A stretch of 57,628 bases of DNA from a virus (Duplodnaviria > Caudoviricetes), in IMG/VR virus record IMGVR_UViG_3300038520_002118, positions 1 through 57,628 of that record, one strand, 5' to 3'. Shown here in pieces: positions 9,401 through 18,615 of this stretch. The first letter of the stretch is position 1, and each line of letters begins with the position of its first letter. Position numbers and translations under genes: made by a program. A model generated the notes under the pieces. It was not told where the DNA came from, ran no database searches, and saw nothing but the letters and a program-made list of their open reading frames with translations.

Positions 9401-12400
9401 GGGGCCGACACCATTCCTGTGCAGGTAGAGTACAAAGAATTCTACACTCTATACGATTCAGGAAGACTTTTCGGAACTATACCCCGTGGTCAGGATTTTG
9501 ATTTCGAGGGGCTTTCTGCAAAGAGAGATGTATTACAGCAGTATGCCGGTGAAGACTTTCCGTCCGTAGATGGCGAGTCATTCACAGCCACAATTCCTAA
9601 AGGAGTCCCCATCTTCTATAAATTCAGAGATGAATTAAATAAGCTGATCGGCCCCAAGTCTGACCCATTGTATCCAGATGATGCCGAAGGAACGGCAAAG
9701 CTCTCTAAGCGCATGACGCTCGATGAATGGTTGAAGAAATCTGCTATCAAAGAGCCGGTGTACCACGCAACCATTGATTCTTTCCCAGCTCTGAATCCTG
9801 ACGAGACGCAAGACAAGGCTGTGCATTTCGCCCCTGACATAGAGACTACAGATGGCAGGCTCGAAGAAATTTTCCAGCGTGAAGTCGTGCAGGAGCTGGA
9901 AGACGGGAAGGTAATGTTCCCCCGCAGGATCACAGCCAGAATTCAAATGAACAACCCCCTCAGACTGCCATTCGATCTTGGTAACTGGGGAGATGATAAC
10001 TTGTGGCGCTCTGCACTTGAGGATAACTCCTTCATGTTCACCCAGAGATATGGGAAAGAGCGCATGGCGAATATTATTGAGTCGCGCCCTGACATACAGA
10101 AGGTTAAGAAGAAGCTTGCCGAGTATAGGAAAGAATTCCCTAACGAGCCTCTTGATGCGGACACTATTTGGCTAGCCATAGATAGCTCTGGGTTTGATGG
10201 AATCATTTACACAAACATGGGTGAGGGATATGGCGCAGATTCCTATCTGGTGTGGAGTCCTAACCAGATATATGTAGAGGAGATCGAACCTCTCGACTAC
10301 GGTGACTTTGAGTTTGCCTTCCAGTTCGATGACCCCAAAGAAAGCATGACACCCGAAGAACTTGCTGAGGTTTCTACACGGCCAGTTATGGGACTTCAGG
10401 GTAGGTTCTTGAGTCAAGAAGATGTCGGGGAGTTAACAAGAGACAAAGATCTGTTTGACGAAAGGAAGCGGCAGTTCTCAGGTATCAAGGGGACTGAAGA
10501 GATCAGAGATCCTCAGCGGATGTTCTCTCGCAGAACTCCTGTTATTGCTGAAGACAATCCGTTCGACATAGACATGAATAGGACTACTCTTCCTTTGTAT
10601 CCAGATCCTGTAGTGGATGAGAACGGCAAGATTACAGGATACCGTCTAATAAACGGAGAGCAGTTCAAACCAAACTCTGTGAAACTCAAAGACGCTGTCG
10701 CATATCTTGGCCGCAAGGTATCTGATGTTCTGGGTACAACAGATAAGGTTCCTTACACAGATGACAACGTAGAGCCCCTCGCTAAGATCATGGCGACAGA
10801 GGCGGTCAAGGCGCTCGAATCAGACAACAACGCTATTGGCTGGTACGACAAGCAGTTACAAGCCGCAAAGAGAACACTCAGTCTAGTCGAGCCACGTATA
10901 TTCGAGACAGGCAGAGACGAGACAGCTTTCGATTGGGCGCTTGCTGTGACATCAAACGGGCAGGCAGTGACAGATAACTTTGCTTACGCACTTGAGGCGT
11001 TCCGTTTCTACAGAGATAAGGGTAGGTTCCCAGTAAAAGAATGGAAGAAAGGTGGGGACCGAAGGAATCAGATGCAGAGTGCTTTTGTTTTCTTCAATGA
11101 GTATCAGAAGCTGTACGAGGATGGTAGTGTTACCAAGCCAATCGATCAGTTCCTTGACTCACAGTTCACAGTGAAACAACTGCAAGCCGTAGTTGATGAT
11201 ATGAACCAGCGATTCAATACCAAGATCAGCGTCCCAGCGGACGAGCTTGTTGACACTGTGGTGTTCGGTTCATACATCGCAGGTCCCAAGATTGGACAAG
11301 GTTTCTATCAGAACTTGAGGGGTAACCTCGACCCACTCACGATGGATATCTGGTGGATGCGTATGTGGAACCGCTACGTCAATCGCCCTTTCGCAACAGA
11401 GGCAACGCCAGAACAGTTGAGAACACTGCGTGGCAAGATACGGGGCGTCATACAAAACAGTCGTGATGAGGTGATACAGGAAGTAGTGCAGGATGCTTTG
11501 CGGGTTACGGGCATACGCAAGTCCGACCTCCGAAACAACAAAACACTCGACCAGTTTATTCCTGCCCTGCGAAAATCATGGGACAGATACTTCAGGAAGT
11601 TCCAGAAAGAACAAGACCGCAACCCGATCAAGCCTCAATTATTCAAGGATGTGAAGACCCTCGAAGGCAAGCTCTACGGACAGATACAGGCCACGCCAAC
11701 AAATGGCACTGAACGCAACTACATGAGGCGTGTAACCAAGAAAGCACAGGGTTTATTGTCCTCAGTGGGGGTGGACATCGAGACTGCTGACTTACAGGCT
11801 TTGATGTGGTATCCTGAGAAACGTTTGTTCGAGGCCCTTGGTGTCCGCAAGGGAGCAGGACAAGATACAGACTATGCTCAAGCCGCATACGACCAAGCAA
11901 AACAGGAGGGGTATACAGATGAGCAAATCAATGAAGCACTCAGCGATCCAGAAAGAGGATACGTCAGTACTCGCACAGACCCCAGACAAGTTGATGAAAG
12001 AACTGATACTGGGACTGGACAAGCAAGACTCTCAAAAAGGTACAGTGCCTCAGACACAGCGAGACGTGTCGCCAACAGTGCAGGGGCTGATGGACAAGTA
12101 TGGGATGTCTCGCGACAAAGCAGAGGCGTGGACGGAAACAACGTAGTTGCGTCCTACTCAGTAAATAATCTTTTCGCGCCCATGTATCTCATGGGCGACA
12201 TCTCAACCCCAGTCGTTCACGAATTAGAACAGTCAGTATCCTCAGCGGAATACTTCAGATCAAAGATACAGCAGTCCAAGGATAGCAATCCTTACGGTGC
12301 CGCTGTGTATGTGTACCCCGTGATTACAGATCCAGACGATACAGGATATGCAGACATGCGTTTGTTTGTAACAGACGGCGGTAACGCAGGGTTTGCGCTG

Positions 12401-15400
12401 AAGGGCAATGACATTGTGAGCGTGTTCAACACGAGGGGTGGTGGCCTACGCAGTGTTTCGTATCCACTGGTGCGGCTTGCTATCGAACAGGGCGGCAGAA
12501 AGCTGGATGCGTTTGACACGATTCTACCTGAGATTTATTCAGCCAACGGCATGAAGACCGCATCCCGTTTGGTTTGGGACGAGAGACAACGTCCTGAGGG
12601 ATGGCGTGATAATGACTTCATTGAGTTCAACAAAGGGCAACCAGACGTTGTATTCATGTACTACGAGCCTCCTGCCACAGAGTACAAGCCTGACTCTGGG
12701 ACGTATGCTTTGGACTATGCAGAAGCACTTGAGATACAAGACAAGGCTGTACGCGGAATCAAAGACAGGGCTCCTGAAAAAAGTGCAGATGCACTTTCTT
12801 CTGACGGGCCTAATACAATCAGGTTCTCGAAGAGGTTTTCTTATACTGGTACGCCCAACCCTGCGGGCTTCTCATCATTCGTTGACAAAGTCATAGCGAA
12901 GGACGAATCAACAGGTCCCTTCAACGAATTCATGCGTAAGATGTTTGGCGCGGCCAAGGGTGAGACGCTACGAGAAGCGTTTGTACGCAACCATATTAGT
13001 AGGTTTAGTCCGGGCTATAAGCTCGATGATATCGTTTACGGAACGAGTTACAACAACCCTGATTCTGTTGGACGAGCAATGGAAATGTCTCAACAGGTTC
13101 TGGGCCGTATCTACGCACTCATGGAGTTCGGACCAATCAAGGTGGATGCTGACGGCAATGTCGAGCAAGTGTCCGAAGCAGGCGTCAAGGGGCTCAACGA
13201 GATATTCGCGCCACTGCTCGAAGGGCAGACACAGGCGCAAGCAAAAGAGAACGAGCGACAGTTCTATGCCTATGCAATTGCAAGAAGAGAGAAAGCATTG
13301 CGGGCTGTTGGGCGAAGAGGCTTCCAAAATTTAAGTGACGCAGAGATCGATAGGGCAATAGCCGCTGGCGACCCAGCGTTCCAAAAAGTATTCAACGACT
13401 ATCAGAACTTCAACAACTACATGGTTCAGTTCGGCAAAGACTCTGGCTTGTTGAATGATCAAATGGCCGAAGAGTTTGCCAACATGGCTTACGTACCATT
13501 CTATCGTTTGCTTGAGACAGCAGAGGGCGACACAGATTTCTCTAACTCCCTCCCACAGAGAGCGGCCAATAGTTTGATGCAGAAGGGAGCGTTTGATCGA
13601 GAGCTTGTGGGGAGTAACTTCCAAGTCTCGGGCGACTTACTCAAGAACATCTATCGTAATAACGAGATGATCATATCTGCTGGTCTGCGTAATATCGCAA
13701 TGCGTAAAACGTCTGAGGCATTAGAGAAGCTACAAGATCCATCTTGGGGAGAGAAAGCTGACCTCACGAAACCGCAAGGCAACGTCATGAAGTTCAGGGT
13801 CAATGGTGAGCAAGTCGGATATAAGATTCGGGACGGTGCACTGTGGCATGCACTGTCTGGTTTGACACCCCAACAGAAGGATGCATACATCAAAACGGCA
13901 GAGATGTTCGCAAATTTACTGCGAATCGGTGTCACAAATATGCCGGGGTTCATGGTGGCAAACCTTTGGCGTGGAAAAATCGATGCCTACATCAAAGCTG
14001 GTGTTCCAATTGGCTTAGGACCTAGGACATTGAGCCGCATGAACCAGTCCATGAAAGACGGCAAAGATGCAATGGCCATCAAACTTCTCACTGGATTCGG
14101 TGGGTATTCTTTCGGTGCAGATCCAGCAGACTTTGCTTCGACCGCAAGACGGCTTGGCAGAACTGGGGGCAGGATCATACAGAAGGACACACCTGTCGCG
14201 GCTGTCGCCACAGGGTTTAAGAACCTGCTTCAGAAAGTAGAACGATTCGGTGAGTCAACAGAGCTTGAGGTTCGTATCGGTCTGTACCAGAAACTTATTG
14301 CTGAGGGTGTGTCTGAAAGAGAGGCCGCATTCCAAGCGATGAACCTGATCAACTACGGTAGGAAAGGAGCCGGTGGTGGTATCACTGGACAACTACTGGT
14401 CAACCGACTTATCCCTGCAATCCCGTTCTTGAATGCACGTATCCAAGGTCTGTACCGTTTAGCAGAAGATCCAAGGCTACCAGCAGATGAGCGTCAGGCA
14501 TATTGGCAAGGGATAATGAATCGCGGACTTCTTGTGATGGCAGTCTCTACTGCGTTGGGTGCACTGGCGATGTCAGATGATCGCTGGGAGGAGGAGTCAC
14601 TACAGAATAAACTGAACTACGACATTATCTACATCGGTGATTCGGCGATTAAGATACCAAGAGCGTTCGAGCTAGGCGCTATATTCGGAACCTTCCCTGT
14701 ATTCGCGGTAGATGCAATCAGGCAGGAAGATGGTTCTGATTTTGCTATGGCAGTGGCTCACACATTGTTCAACACGTTTGCCTTCAACCCAATACCGCAG
14801 GGCGTGATGCCTGCGTTGGAGGTTGTGACGGGGTATGACTTCTTCAGGATGGCCCCACTAGAGGGCATGGCGCTACAAAGAAAAATGACATCAGACAAGT
14901 TCTATTCATCTACTCCGCATGTTTACCGATTCCTGAGCGAAGCTGGATTGGATAAGTTGACACTGAGCCCTCTAGAGATTCAACAGTTACTTGAGGGATA
15001 CATGGCAGGTCTAGCCACGATCCCAATAGCAATAGCTGAAAGCGTCATGTCTTGGACAGGCGCAGTGCCACAGAAGCCAAATGGCATATTCGGTAATCCA
15101 TATGTCACAGATTTTGGCAGGGTGCTTGGACTGGCAAGATTCATACAGAAAGATGGGGAGACTTCTAGCCAGTTTGTCAGAGACTTCTATGACCTCAGGC
15201 GCGAATCAGATGCTGTGTTCACATCCTATCGTGATGCGGCGGCTACAGGTGATCAGGATCGCATGAACGAGTTACTCGAAGATCGCGGTGTCGCTATGGG
15301 ATTCCGTAAGACGTTCAATCGTGTAGCAAAACAACTGACTGATATCAACAACGCCATGAATAGAATAGTCGAGAGTCCAACCATGTCGCCCACACAAAAG

Positions 15401-15484
15401 ACACAGCAACTCAGGCAACTCAGGATACAAAAGAATAAACTAGCAAGACGCATTGTTGAGCTGGCTGAGAAACAAGGTATATAA
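6470..15484 (+). CDS. Giant polyvalent internal virion protein (zincin-like peptidase, ParB-like, ART-like, HhH-like, GNAT-like, LPD38-like regions)
   Basis: 3004 aa; HETIH..EEEAVAE; IVDGHEGRHR; VYHAT..GFDGIIY..PNQI; GPKIG..TMDIWW..LQALMW; KLDAFD..PDVVFM; C-terminal KIPRAFELG..NPIPQ. Confidence 0.75.
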   Translation: MAFDLSRLRTDQLLKLQGVGGDLTQLSTEELEELLESQEEMSDLGAGFQRAGGSFRQGIAGLLRDIAPEYSEELFESGARAIEETQRQRTPDIPSFKDIEDPLDLIEYTGEQLATSLPQLIAQLGTGAVATRLGGPRVGTAAAIGAGTPFFTGMNIERQIQEQGIDFKEADVAKAFGVSVGQSSLDALIGRYIGVFGPAKAGGEIVKATKAGLGKKVAKGAALGVAVEAPTEAAQQALEIIQAESTLKNGLDRLTSMPPEVQDELLEALVAGGLVGGTIGGAAGPLRPDPPDIAKRRDLEAHLAELRDQVAEDSRNLELFRAEAIERGLIIPPARRLPLFDDSDIVVAAQEKQAEAIREQEEAAVEQEQRQQDAVTILEADNELKAQEQRFNELYEPLIGKKLEEIEIADIEKFVAKDDADQAQLARALDALRAYNTLKAQRARAAKAREAKAKKRQALELQKQSEEETVAARELDEASAQQAKVREEVLQDIIGSSPDVVSVGSEVQLFQTILRNAGMDPTLTATETRLIERRKDFIDPPFVDTRTPEQTKKGQAVGVRESLKRLTSLQSRRLAEANAIQIRANAQEAINLGYTPEFMDRVRNIAKSLRQDLSKIGLEDVALKIGGAVQGDPSIEGMTDVEKDSGRVAISLAAQIYNPQMTDEQLKAKLKEVMNHETIHALRMLGVLTEPEYQSLVKVAKEQAFVDRSGKVRLFSYFERAQELYEGTEALQEEEAVAELFRDWAAGRKKIAGKPLNLFQKIIKFFKGLGKSLDSEQLADANRIFQSIESGEIGSRVRDRKGADALSPMQSRRATADSPAFFNATNKQIEQLIDRYDYPYGTTGYAVRMPIEDFMSLTYGVGKVNKADVKRVAKEFLEDMPSNDGSRMSDLQPVQKRVFDTELDSEAFAEARRQRDRRRARGLEVSDEQFARFDPDKVDNQNYMGVPSLKIIKDINIRKIIVDGHEGRHRTALAAIDGADTIPVQVEYKEFYTLYDSGRLFGTIPRGQDFDFEGLSAKRDVLQQYAGEDFPSVDGESFTATIPKGVPIFYKFRDELNKLIGPKSDPLYPDDAEGTAKLSKRMTLDEWLKKSAIKEPVYHATIDSFPALNPDETQDKAVHFAPDIETTDGRLEEIFQREVVQELEDGKVMFPRRITARIQMNNPLRLPFDLGNWGDDNLWRSALEDNSFMFTQRYGKERMANIIESRPDIQKVKKKLAEYRKEFPNEPLDADTIWLAIDSSGFDGIIYTNMGEGYGADSYLVWSPNQIYVEEIEPLDYGDFEFAFQFDDPKESMTPEELAEVSTRPVMGLQGRFLSQEDVGELTRDKDLFDERKRQFSGIKGTEEIRDPQRMFSRRTPVIAEDNPFDIDMNRTTLPLYPDPVVDENGKITGYRLINGEQFKPNSVKLKDAVAYLGRKVSDVLGTTDKVPYTDDNVEPLAKIMATEAVKALESDNNAIGWYDKQLQAAKRTLSLVEPRIFETGRDETAFDWALAVTSNGQAVTDNFAYALEAFRFYRDKGRFPVKEWKKGGDRRNQMQSAFVFFNEYQKLYEDGSVTKPIDQFLDSQFTVKQLQAVVDDMNQRFNTKISVPADELVDTVVFGSYIAGPKIGQGFYQNLRGNLDPLTMDIWWMRMWNRYVNRPFATEATPEQLRTLRGKIRGVIQNSRDEVIQEVVQDALRVTGIRKSDLRNNKTLDQFIPALRKSWDRYFRKFQKEQDRNPIKPQLFKDVKTLEGKLYGQIQATPTNGTERNYMRRVTKKAQGLLSSVGVDIETADLQALMWYPEKRLFEALGVRKGAGQDTDYAQAAYDQAKQEGYTDEQINEALSDPERGYVSTRTDPRQVDERTDTGTGQARLSKRYSASDTARRVANSAGADGQVWDVSRQSRGVDGNNVVASYSVNNLFAPMYLMGDISTPVVHELEQSVSSAEYFRSKIQQSKDSNPYGAAVYVYPVITDPDDTGYADMRLFVTDGGNAGFALKGNDIVSVFNTRGGGLRSVSYPLVRLAIEQGGRKLDAFDTILPEIYSANGMKTASRLVWDERQRPEGWRDNDFIEFNKGQPDVVFMYYEPPATEYKPDSGTYALDYAEALEIQDKAVRGIKDRAPEKSADALSSDGPNTIRFSKRFSYTGTPNPAGFSSFVDKVIAKDESTGPFNEFMRKMFGAAKGETLREAFVRNHISRFSPGYKLDDIVYGTSYNNPDSVGRAMEMSQQVLGRIYALMEFGPIKVDADGNVEQVSEAGVKGLNEIFAPLLEGQTQAQAKENERQFYAYAIARREKALRAVGRRGFQNLSDAEIDRAIAAGDPAFQKVFNDYQNFNNYMVQFGKDSGLLNDQMAEEFANMAYVPFYRLLETAEGDTDFSNSLPQRAANSLMQKGAFDRELVGSNFQVSGDLLKNIYRNNEMIISAGLRNIAMRKTSEALEKLQDPSWGEKADLTKPQGNVMKFRVNGEQVGYKIRDGALWHALSGLTPQQKDAYIKTAEMFANLLRIGVTNMPGFMVANLWRGKIDAYIKAGVPIGLGPRTLSRMNQSMKDGKDAMAIKLLTGFGGYSFGADPADFASTARRLGRTGGRIIQKDTPVAAVATGFKNLLQKVERFGESTELEVRIGLYQKLIAEGVSEREAAFQAMNLINYGRKGAGGGITGQLLVNRLIPAIPFLNARIQGLYRLAEDPRLPADERQAYWQGIMNRGLLVMAVSTALGALAMSDDRWEEESLQNKLNYDIIYIGDSAIKIPRAFELGAIFGTFPVFAVDAIRQEDGSDFAMAVAHTLFNTFAFNPIPQGVMPALEVVTGYDFFRMAPLEGMALQRKMTSDKFYSSTPHVYRFLSEAGLDKLTLSPLEIQQLLEGYMAGLATIPIAIAESVMSWTGAVPQKPNGIFGNPYVTDFGRVLGLARFIQKDGETSSQFVRDFYDLRRESDAVFTSYRDAAATGDQDRMNELLEDRGVAMGFRKTFNRVAKQLTDINNAMNRIVESPTMSPTQKTQQLRQLRIQKNKLARRIVELAEKQGI
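8870..8889. repeat. Dispersed palindrome site 3, intragenic (core GTGCAGATGCAC)
   Basis: AAAAGGTGCAGATGCACTTT encoding RKGADAL. Confidence 0.75.
12779..12798. repeat. Dispersed palindrome site 4, intragenic (core GTGCAGATGCAC)
   Basis: AAAAAAGTGCAGATGCACTTT encoding EKSADAL. Confidence 0.8.
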
Positions 15485-15505
15485 AAAAGCCCCCATAAAG
15501 GGGGC
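15483..15505 (-). terminator. Intrinsic terminator at convergent junction
   Basis: GCCCCC-TTTAT-GGGGGC followed by T6 on the minus strand. Confidence 0.75.
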
Positions 15506-15541
15506 AATGTCCAACAGGAGTAAGCAGATAGTACTATATAA

Positions 15542-15561
15542 AAAAGTTCATGTGAACTTTT
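15542..15561. repeat. Dispersed palindrome site 5 (core GTTCATGTGAAC)
   Basis: AAAAAGTTCATGTGAACTTTTT overlapping stop codon of ORF 15548-15793. Confidence 0.9.
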
Positions 15562-15793
15562 TCTCTATAGCGAGTAGGCGGTCAATCTCGGCTTGAGCAT
15601 AGAACAATATCTTCCTTGCGTCCCGAAGCATCTCGCTGTGCTCAACCTCTCCATACCTGTAGCAGGCACGAAATATCTCTCCTATCTGAGCATTCATGTT
15701 TTTGTGTGAGATCAAGTCCTGTATCTGAGCCGCCCCATCAGGCAACTCATAGTAGCTAGCGGTACTGCCATCAGAACGTAACTTTGTCTGCAT
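15548..15793 (-). CDS. DUF3310-like phage protein
   Basis: DGSTASYY..GEIFRACYRYG..DARKILFY pattern; AAGGAGG RBS. Confidence 0.55.
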   Translation of the reverse strand: MQTKLRSDGSTASYYELPDGAAQIQDLISHKNMNAQIGEIFRACYRYGEVEHSEMLRDARKILFYAQAEIDRLLAIEKKFT

Positions 15794-15974
15794 CAACATC
15801 CTCCTTGGATAGAGGGATACACCCCGCAACAAGCGGGGTATCGTCCGACATAATCTGCTTTGCTTCTTGTAAACAGGATTCAATCTCATCATGGTGCACC
15901 ACCTCTTGGACCTCCGCAACGGGAGTCCCGTTAGCGAACACCAAAAGAACGTATACCCACATTGGACTCACCAT
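15771..15974 (-). CDS. Small exported/membrane protein with two cysteines
   Basis: MWVYVLLV hydrophobic start, C..CIPL. Confidence 0.6.
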   Translation of the reverse strand: MVSPMWVYVLLVFANGTPVAEVQEVVHHDEIESCLQEAKQIMSDDTPLVAGCIPLSKEDVDADKVTF

Positions 15975-16182
15975 TCATTTTTTTCTTGACCCAGTCTTCA
16001 ATATCAACGTACTTCCAGTAAATCTTTCGGTCACTGATCTTGAACGACTTGGGGAACGTATCATCATTGTTGATACGATGAGTAAGTGTTGACCTTGCAA
16101 TGCCAAGGTATTTACAAACTTGCTTAGGACTAAGCACAGGCTCATTCCCAATCCGTTTGATATCTCCTATCTCTTCAACCAT
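15931..16182 (-). CDS. AlpA/excisionase-like winged-HTH regulator
   Basis: LSPKQVCKYLGIARSTL..FPKSFKI..W..DIEDW. Confidence 0.85.
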   Translation of the reverse strand: MVEEIGDIKRIGNEPVLSPKQVCKYLGIARSTLTHRINNDDTFPKSFKISDRKIYWKYVDIEDWVKKKMNGESNVGIRSFGVR

Positions 16183-16589
16183 CGGTTAAAATCCTCTCTT
16201 AAATCTATAAACGCTGATCGCGCCTGTGCATTCTTTTTAAGCTCTGATCTTGAGGTAATACCAAGTGCATCTCTCAGTACAGCAACGGTATTTTCCTCTG
16301 TTGTATCGAGGTCAGTTCCAAGGAGCACAAACTCTTGAAACTTTTCCTGTCTGCACAAAGCACCGCAGGATGCCATCAGCCTGCTTATATCTTTTGCTGA
16401 AGTATCTTGTGCTATCTCATCATCGTCACTAAGCCTGACCATAGCAACCATATAACGTGACCCAACCCAATCTGTCATCAGATCAGCGGGCACCTCATCT
16501 GGATGCACGGCCATCTTGAGCACTGTCCCATCAGAGGACTGATTAAGAGATATTTTCACACCCTCAAAGTGCATCGCTTCAATCGACAT
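16167..16589 (-). CDS. Hypothetical phage protein
   Basis: Coupled ORF in minus operon; likely start MSIEAMHF. Confidence 0.7.
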   Translation of the reverse strand: MSIEAMHFEGVKISLNQSSDGTVLKMAVHPDEVPADLMTDWVGSRYMVAMVRLSDDDEIAQDTSAKDISRLMASCGALCRQEKFQEFVLLGTDLDTTEENTVAVLRDALGITSRSELKKNAQARSAFIDLREDFNRWLKR

Positions 16590-16842
16590 GGTACACGCGC
16601 CTTTCGTCCGCGACCTTCTGAGCATGTCTCATACGGTCAGCCATTCGCGCCTTGTTTGGATGCATACACTCAGAAGTTTCGACCACATCGACATCACCAA
16701 TTGAGTAGCCCATATTGGACAAACTTTTTTGATTTTTCCGAATAAGGTCTTCAGCCTTCTGCCCCGCTTCAGCTTCTGAATCAGCATGGAGATACACCGT
16801 CTTGGTAAAATCCATGTTGAGTGTTACGGCATAAGATGTCAT
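16579..16842 (-). CDS. Hypothetical protein
   Basis: Overlap-coupled ORF in operon. Confidence 0.65.
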   Translation of the reverse strand: MTSYAVTLNMDFTKTVYLHADSEAEAGQKAEDLIRKNQKSLSNMGYSIGDVDVVETSECMHPNKARMADRMRHAQKVADERRVYHVD

Positions 16843-17153
16843 CCCTGCTTATCCTCTGCGCTAGACCCGTGAACCATACGCTTCAAATTCTCCATCGCGT
16901 ATTTGATGAAATGCTGGGAGCCTTCATCACCCATTGACAAAGCCTCAGCATCCTTATTGGCCCGAATCAAACCGGCTATCTCTGCGCGACTCAGTGCGCT
17001 CATTAGCTCTCGCACGGTTGTGAAATTGCTATCCTCAAGAACAGACACACCATTTACTTGGACTGTTACATTTCCTGAGTGATTACCATTCTTATGCACA
17101 CGATAAGTCAGTTCTGTATCACCGTGCTTCTCTTGGATTGTGAATCCTGTCAT
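16839..17153 (-). CDS. Hypothetical protein
   Basis: ATGA-coupled ORF with AAGGAG RBS. Confidence 0.65.
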   Translation of the reverse strand: MTGFTIQEKHGDTELTYRVHKNGNHSGNVTVQVNGVSVLEDSNFTTVRELMSALSRAEIAGLIRANKDAEALSMGDEGSQHFIKYAMENLKRMVHGSSAEDKQG

Positions 17154-17413
17154 TGTTCAAACTCCTTAAAAAGTTTCGTTGCATGTTCTATTGGATCAAC
17201 ACCTTGCATGGCCCACCATAATCTTTCATCACCAAAGTTATGCAGTTCCATGTGATGAGCATGGCAAAGCGGGACACACCAGTTGTCCCCCACCTTCATA
17301 CCCATCGCGTTAGGTTCTGCGTAGGTAACGTGGTGAGCCTCTGAGGCAAAGCCGCACACAAGGCACGGCTTACCATGCAAGCTCTTGATGTATTTCTTAG
17401 AACGGAATCTCAT
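17150..17413 (-). CDS. DUF968-like Zn/HNH-type protein
   Basis: PCLVCG..AHH..D..VPLC..HH.ELH. Confidence 0.75.
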   Translation of the reverse strand: MRFRSKKYIKSLHGKPCLVCGFASEAHHVTYAEPNAMGMKVGDNWCVPLCHAHHMELHNFGDERLWWAMQGVDPIEHATKLFKEFEQ

Positions 17414-17690
17414 CGCCTGTAGGCTCAGGTTGAGGTTTAGATTCAGCGGTTCTCTTTTGTTCTGCTTTCATGGAGATGAAGGTTCCTTTGTTACCTTCTT
17501 TCCTCCAGCCAGCAAGTGCGATGATGGGCATGTCAACACCCTTGTTTCGCTGAGCAAGAATCGAATCCACTGTCTCCTTGTCTAGCTCCACATCACCCGT
17601 GTAATCAGGTGATGAGTCCTTGGTCTTCTCTCTATTCACATAGAGAGCACCACTGGGTTTTTTTACCCCGTTCCTATCGATATACGCCAT
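17397..17690 (-). CDS. SSB-like (DUF736-like) protein
   Basis: GALYVN..PDYTG..AGW; acidic C-terminal DEIPF tail typical of SSBs. Confidence 0.65.
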   Translation of the reverse strand: MAYIDRNGVKKPSGALYVNREKTKDSSPDYTGDVELDKETVDSILAQRNKGVDMPIIALAGWRKEGNKGTFISMKAEQKRTAESKPQPEPTGDEIPF

Positions 17691-17923
17691 CAGTGCAAAC
17701 TCCTATTACGTTGCTCTTGTGTTAATCCAAAACGCTTTCTCAGGACTTCAACCTCTTTGTTTGTCAAAGAGTCCAAGACATCCTGAGTCGATTGAGAAAG
17801 CCCCTCAATGGGAGCGCTCTCTATCTCCTTGAACACATCCCTGAGGAACCTGTCACTAAATCTTTCGGCCTCTTCGGGGGTGAGATCATCAAAGAAATTT
17901 GGGTCAGGCTTTTCTACAGCCAT
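17690..17923 (-). CDS. Small protein with sigma-70 region 4.1-like segment
   Basis: LSQSTQDVLDSLTNKEVEVLRKRFGL resembles RpoD region 4.1. Confidence 0.6.
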   Translation of the reverse strand: MAVEKPDPNFFDDLTPEEAERFSDRFLRDVFKEIESAPIEGLSQSTQDVLDSLTNKEVEVLRKRFGLTQEQRNRSLH

Positions 17924-18615
17924 TACTTCTTCTCCTTAAGCTTCTTTGCTTTATCCATAAACGCATCGTAGACACGCTTGTGTTCTTCTGGGGCATACTG
18001 CTCCAGATGCTCAATTGACTGCTGGTTCATACTCCAGAATTGACGCAAGGAATTAATGTCTCTTTTATCCATAAACTTGATCAGGACTTCAGCGACAGTT
18101 TTCCATGTGCCATCCGTGATAACTTCAGACTCGCCATCAGGCGCAACTATCTGTCGATTCGGACTTGGAGCAACGGGCTGTTCTTCAACCTTTTTAGCAG
18201 GCTTGCTAGCAGGCTTGCTTTCTGTATCAGGTGATGAATCAGGATGATGATCATGCCCGTGATAGATATACATACCCAGACCCATGTACGCCAACACCTT
18301 CACAAGACAACGCTGATATGCTGTGTTGATCTGGAAGGCATTGGGGTTTTGGATTGGCTTGTTACTGTAGTTGATGACAGGGAACACCTCTGTCACGTCC
18401 TCATCAGCACCAATAAACACACGAACAGAAATCAGTGCAGTGCCGTCCTCAAGATATTGGACAGGGCCTTTTTCAAACCGAGCCTGAGGATAATTCTCCT
18501 TCAGTGTTTGCCAAGCCCATGACCAAGACAGGTATGTAAAACCATTCTTCTCCTCAGTGTGACCATCACAGTCAATTGCACTAAGAGTTTCCCAAACAGT
18601 TTTTTTACTTGGCAT
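17923..18615 (-). CDS. Sak3/DUF1071 single-strand annealing protein
   Basis: FTYLSWSWAW..INTAYQRCLVK.LA.MGLGMYIY. Confidence 0.85.
   Translation of the reverse strand: MPSKKTVWETLSAIDCDGHTEEKNGFTYLSWSWAWQTLKENYPQARFEKGPVQYLEDGTALISVRVFIGADEDVTEVFPVINYSNKPIQNPNAFQINTAYQRCLVKVLAYMGLGMYIYHGHDHHPDSSPDTESKPASKPAKKVEEQPVAPSPNRQIVAPDGESEVITDGTWKTVAEVLIKFMDKRDINSLRQFWSMNQQSIEHLEQYAPEEHKRVYDAFMDKAKKLKEKK

Noticed and set aside
15931-16182. Prophage/integrative element implied by AlpA
   Set aside because: No integrase, att site or host flanks; the contig is circular
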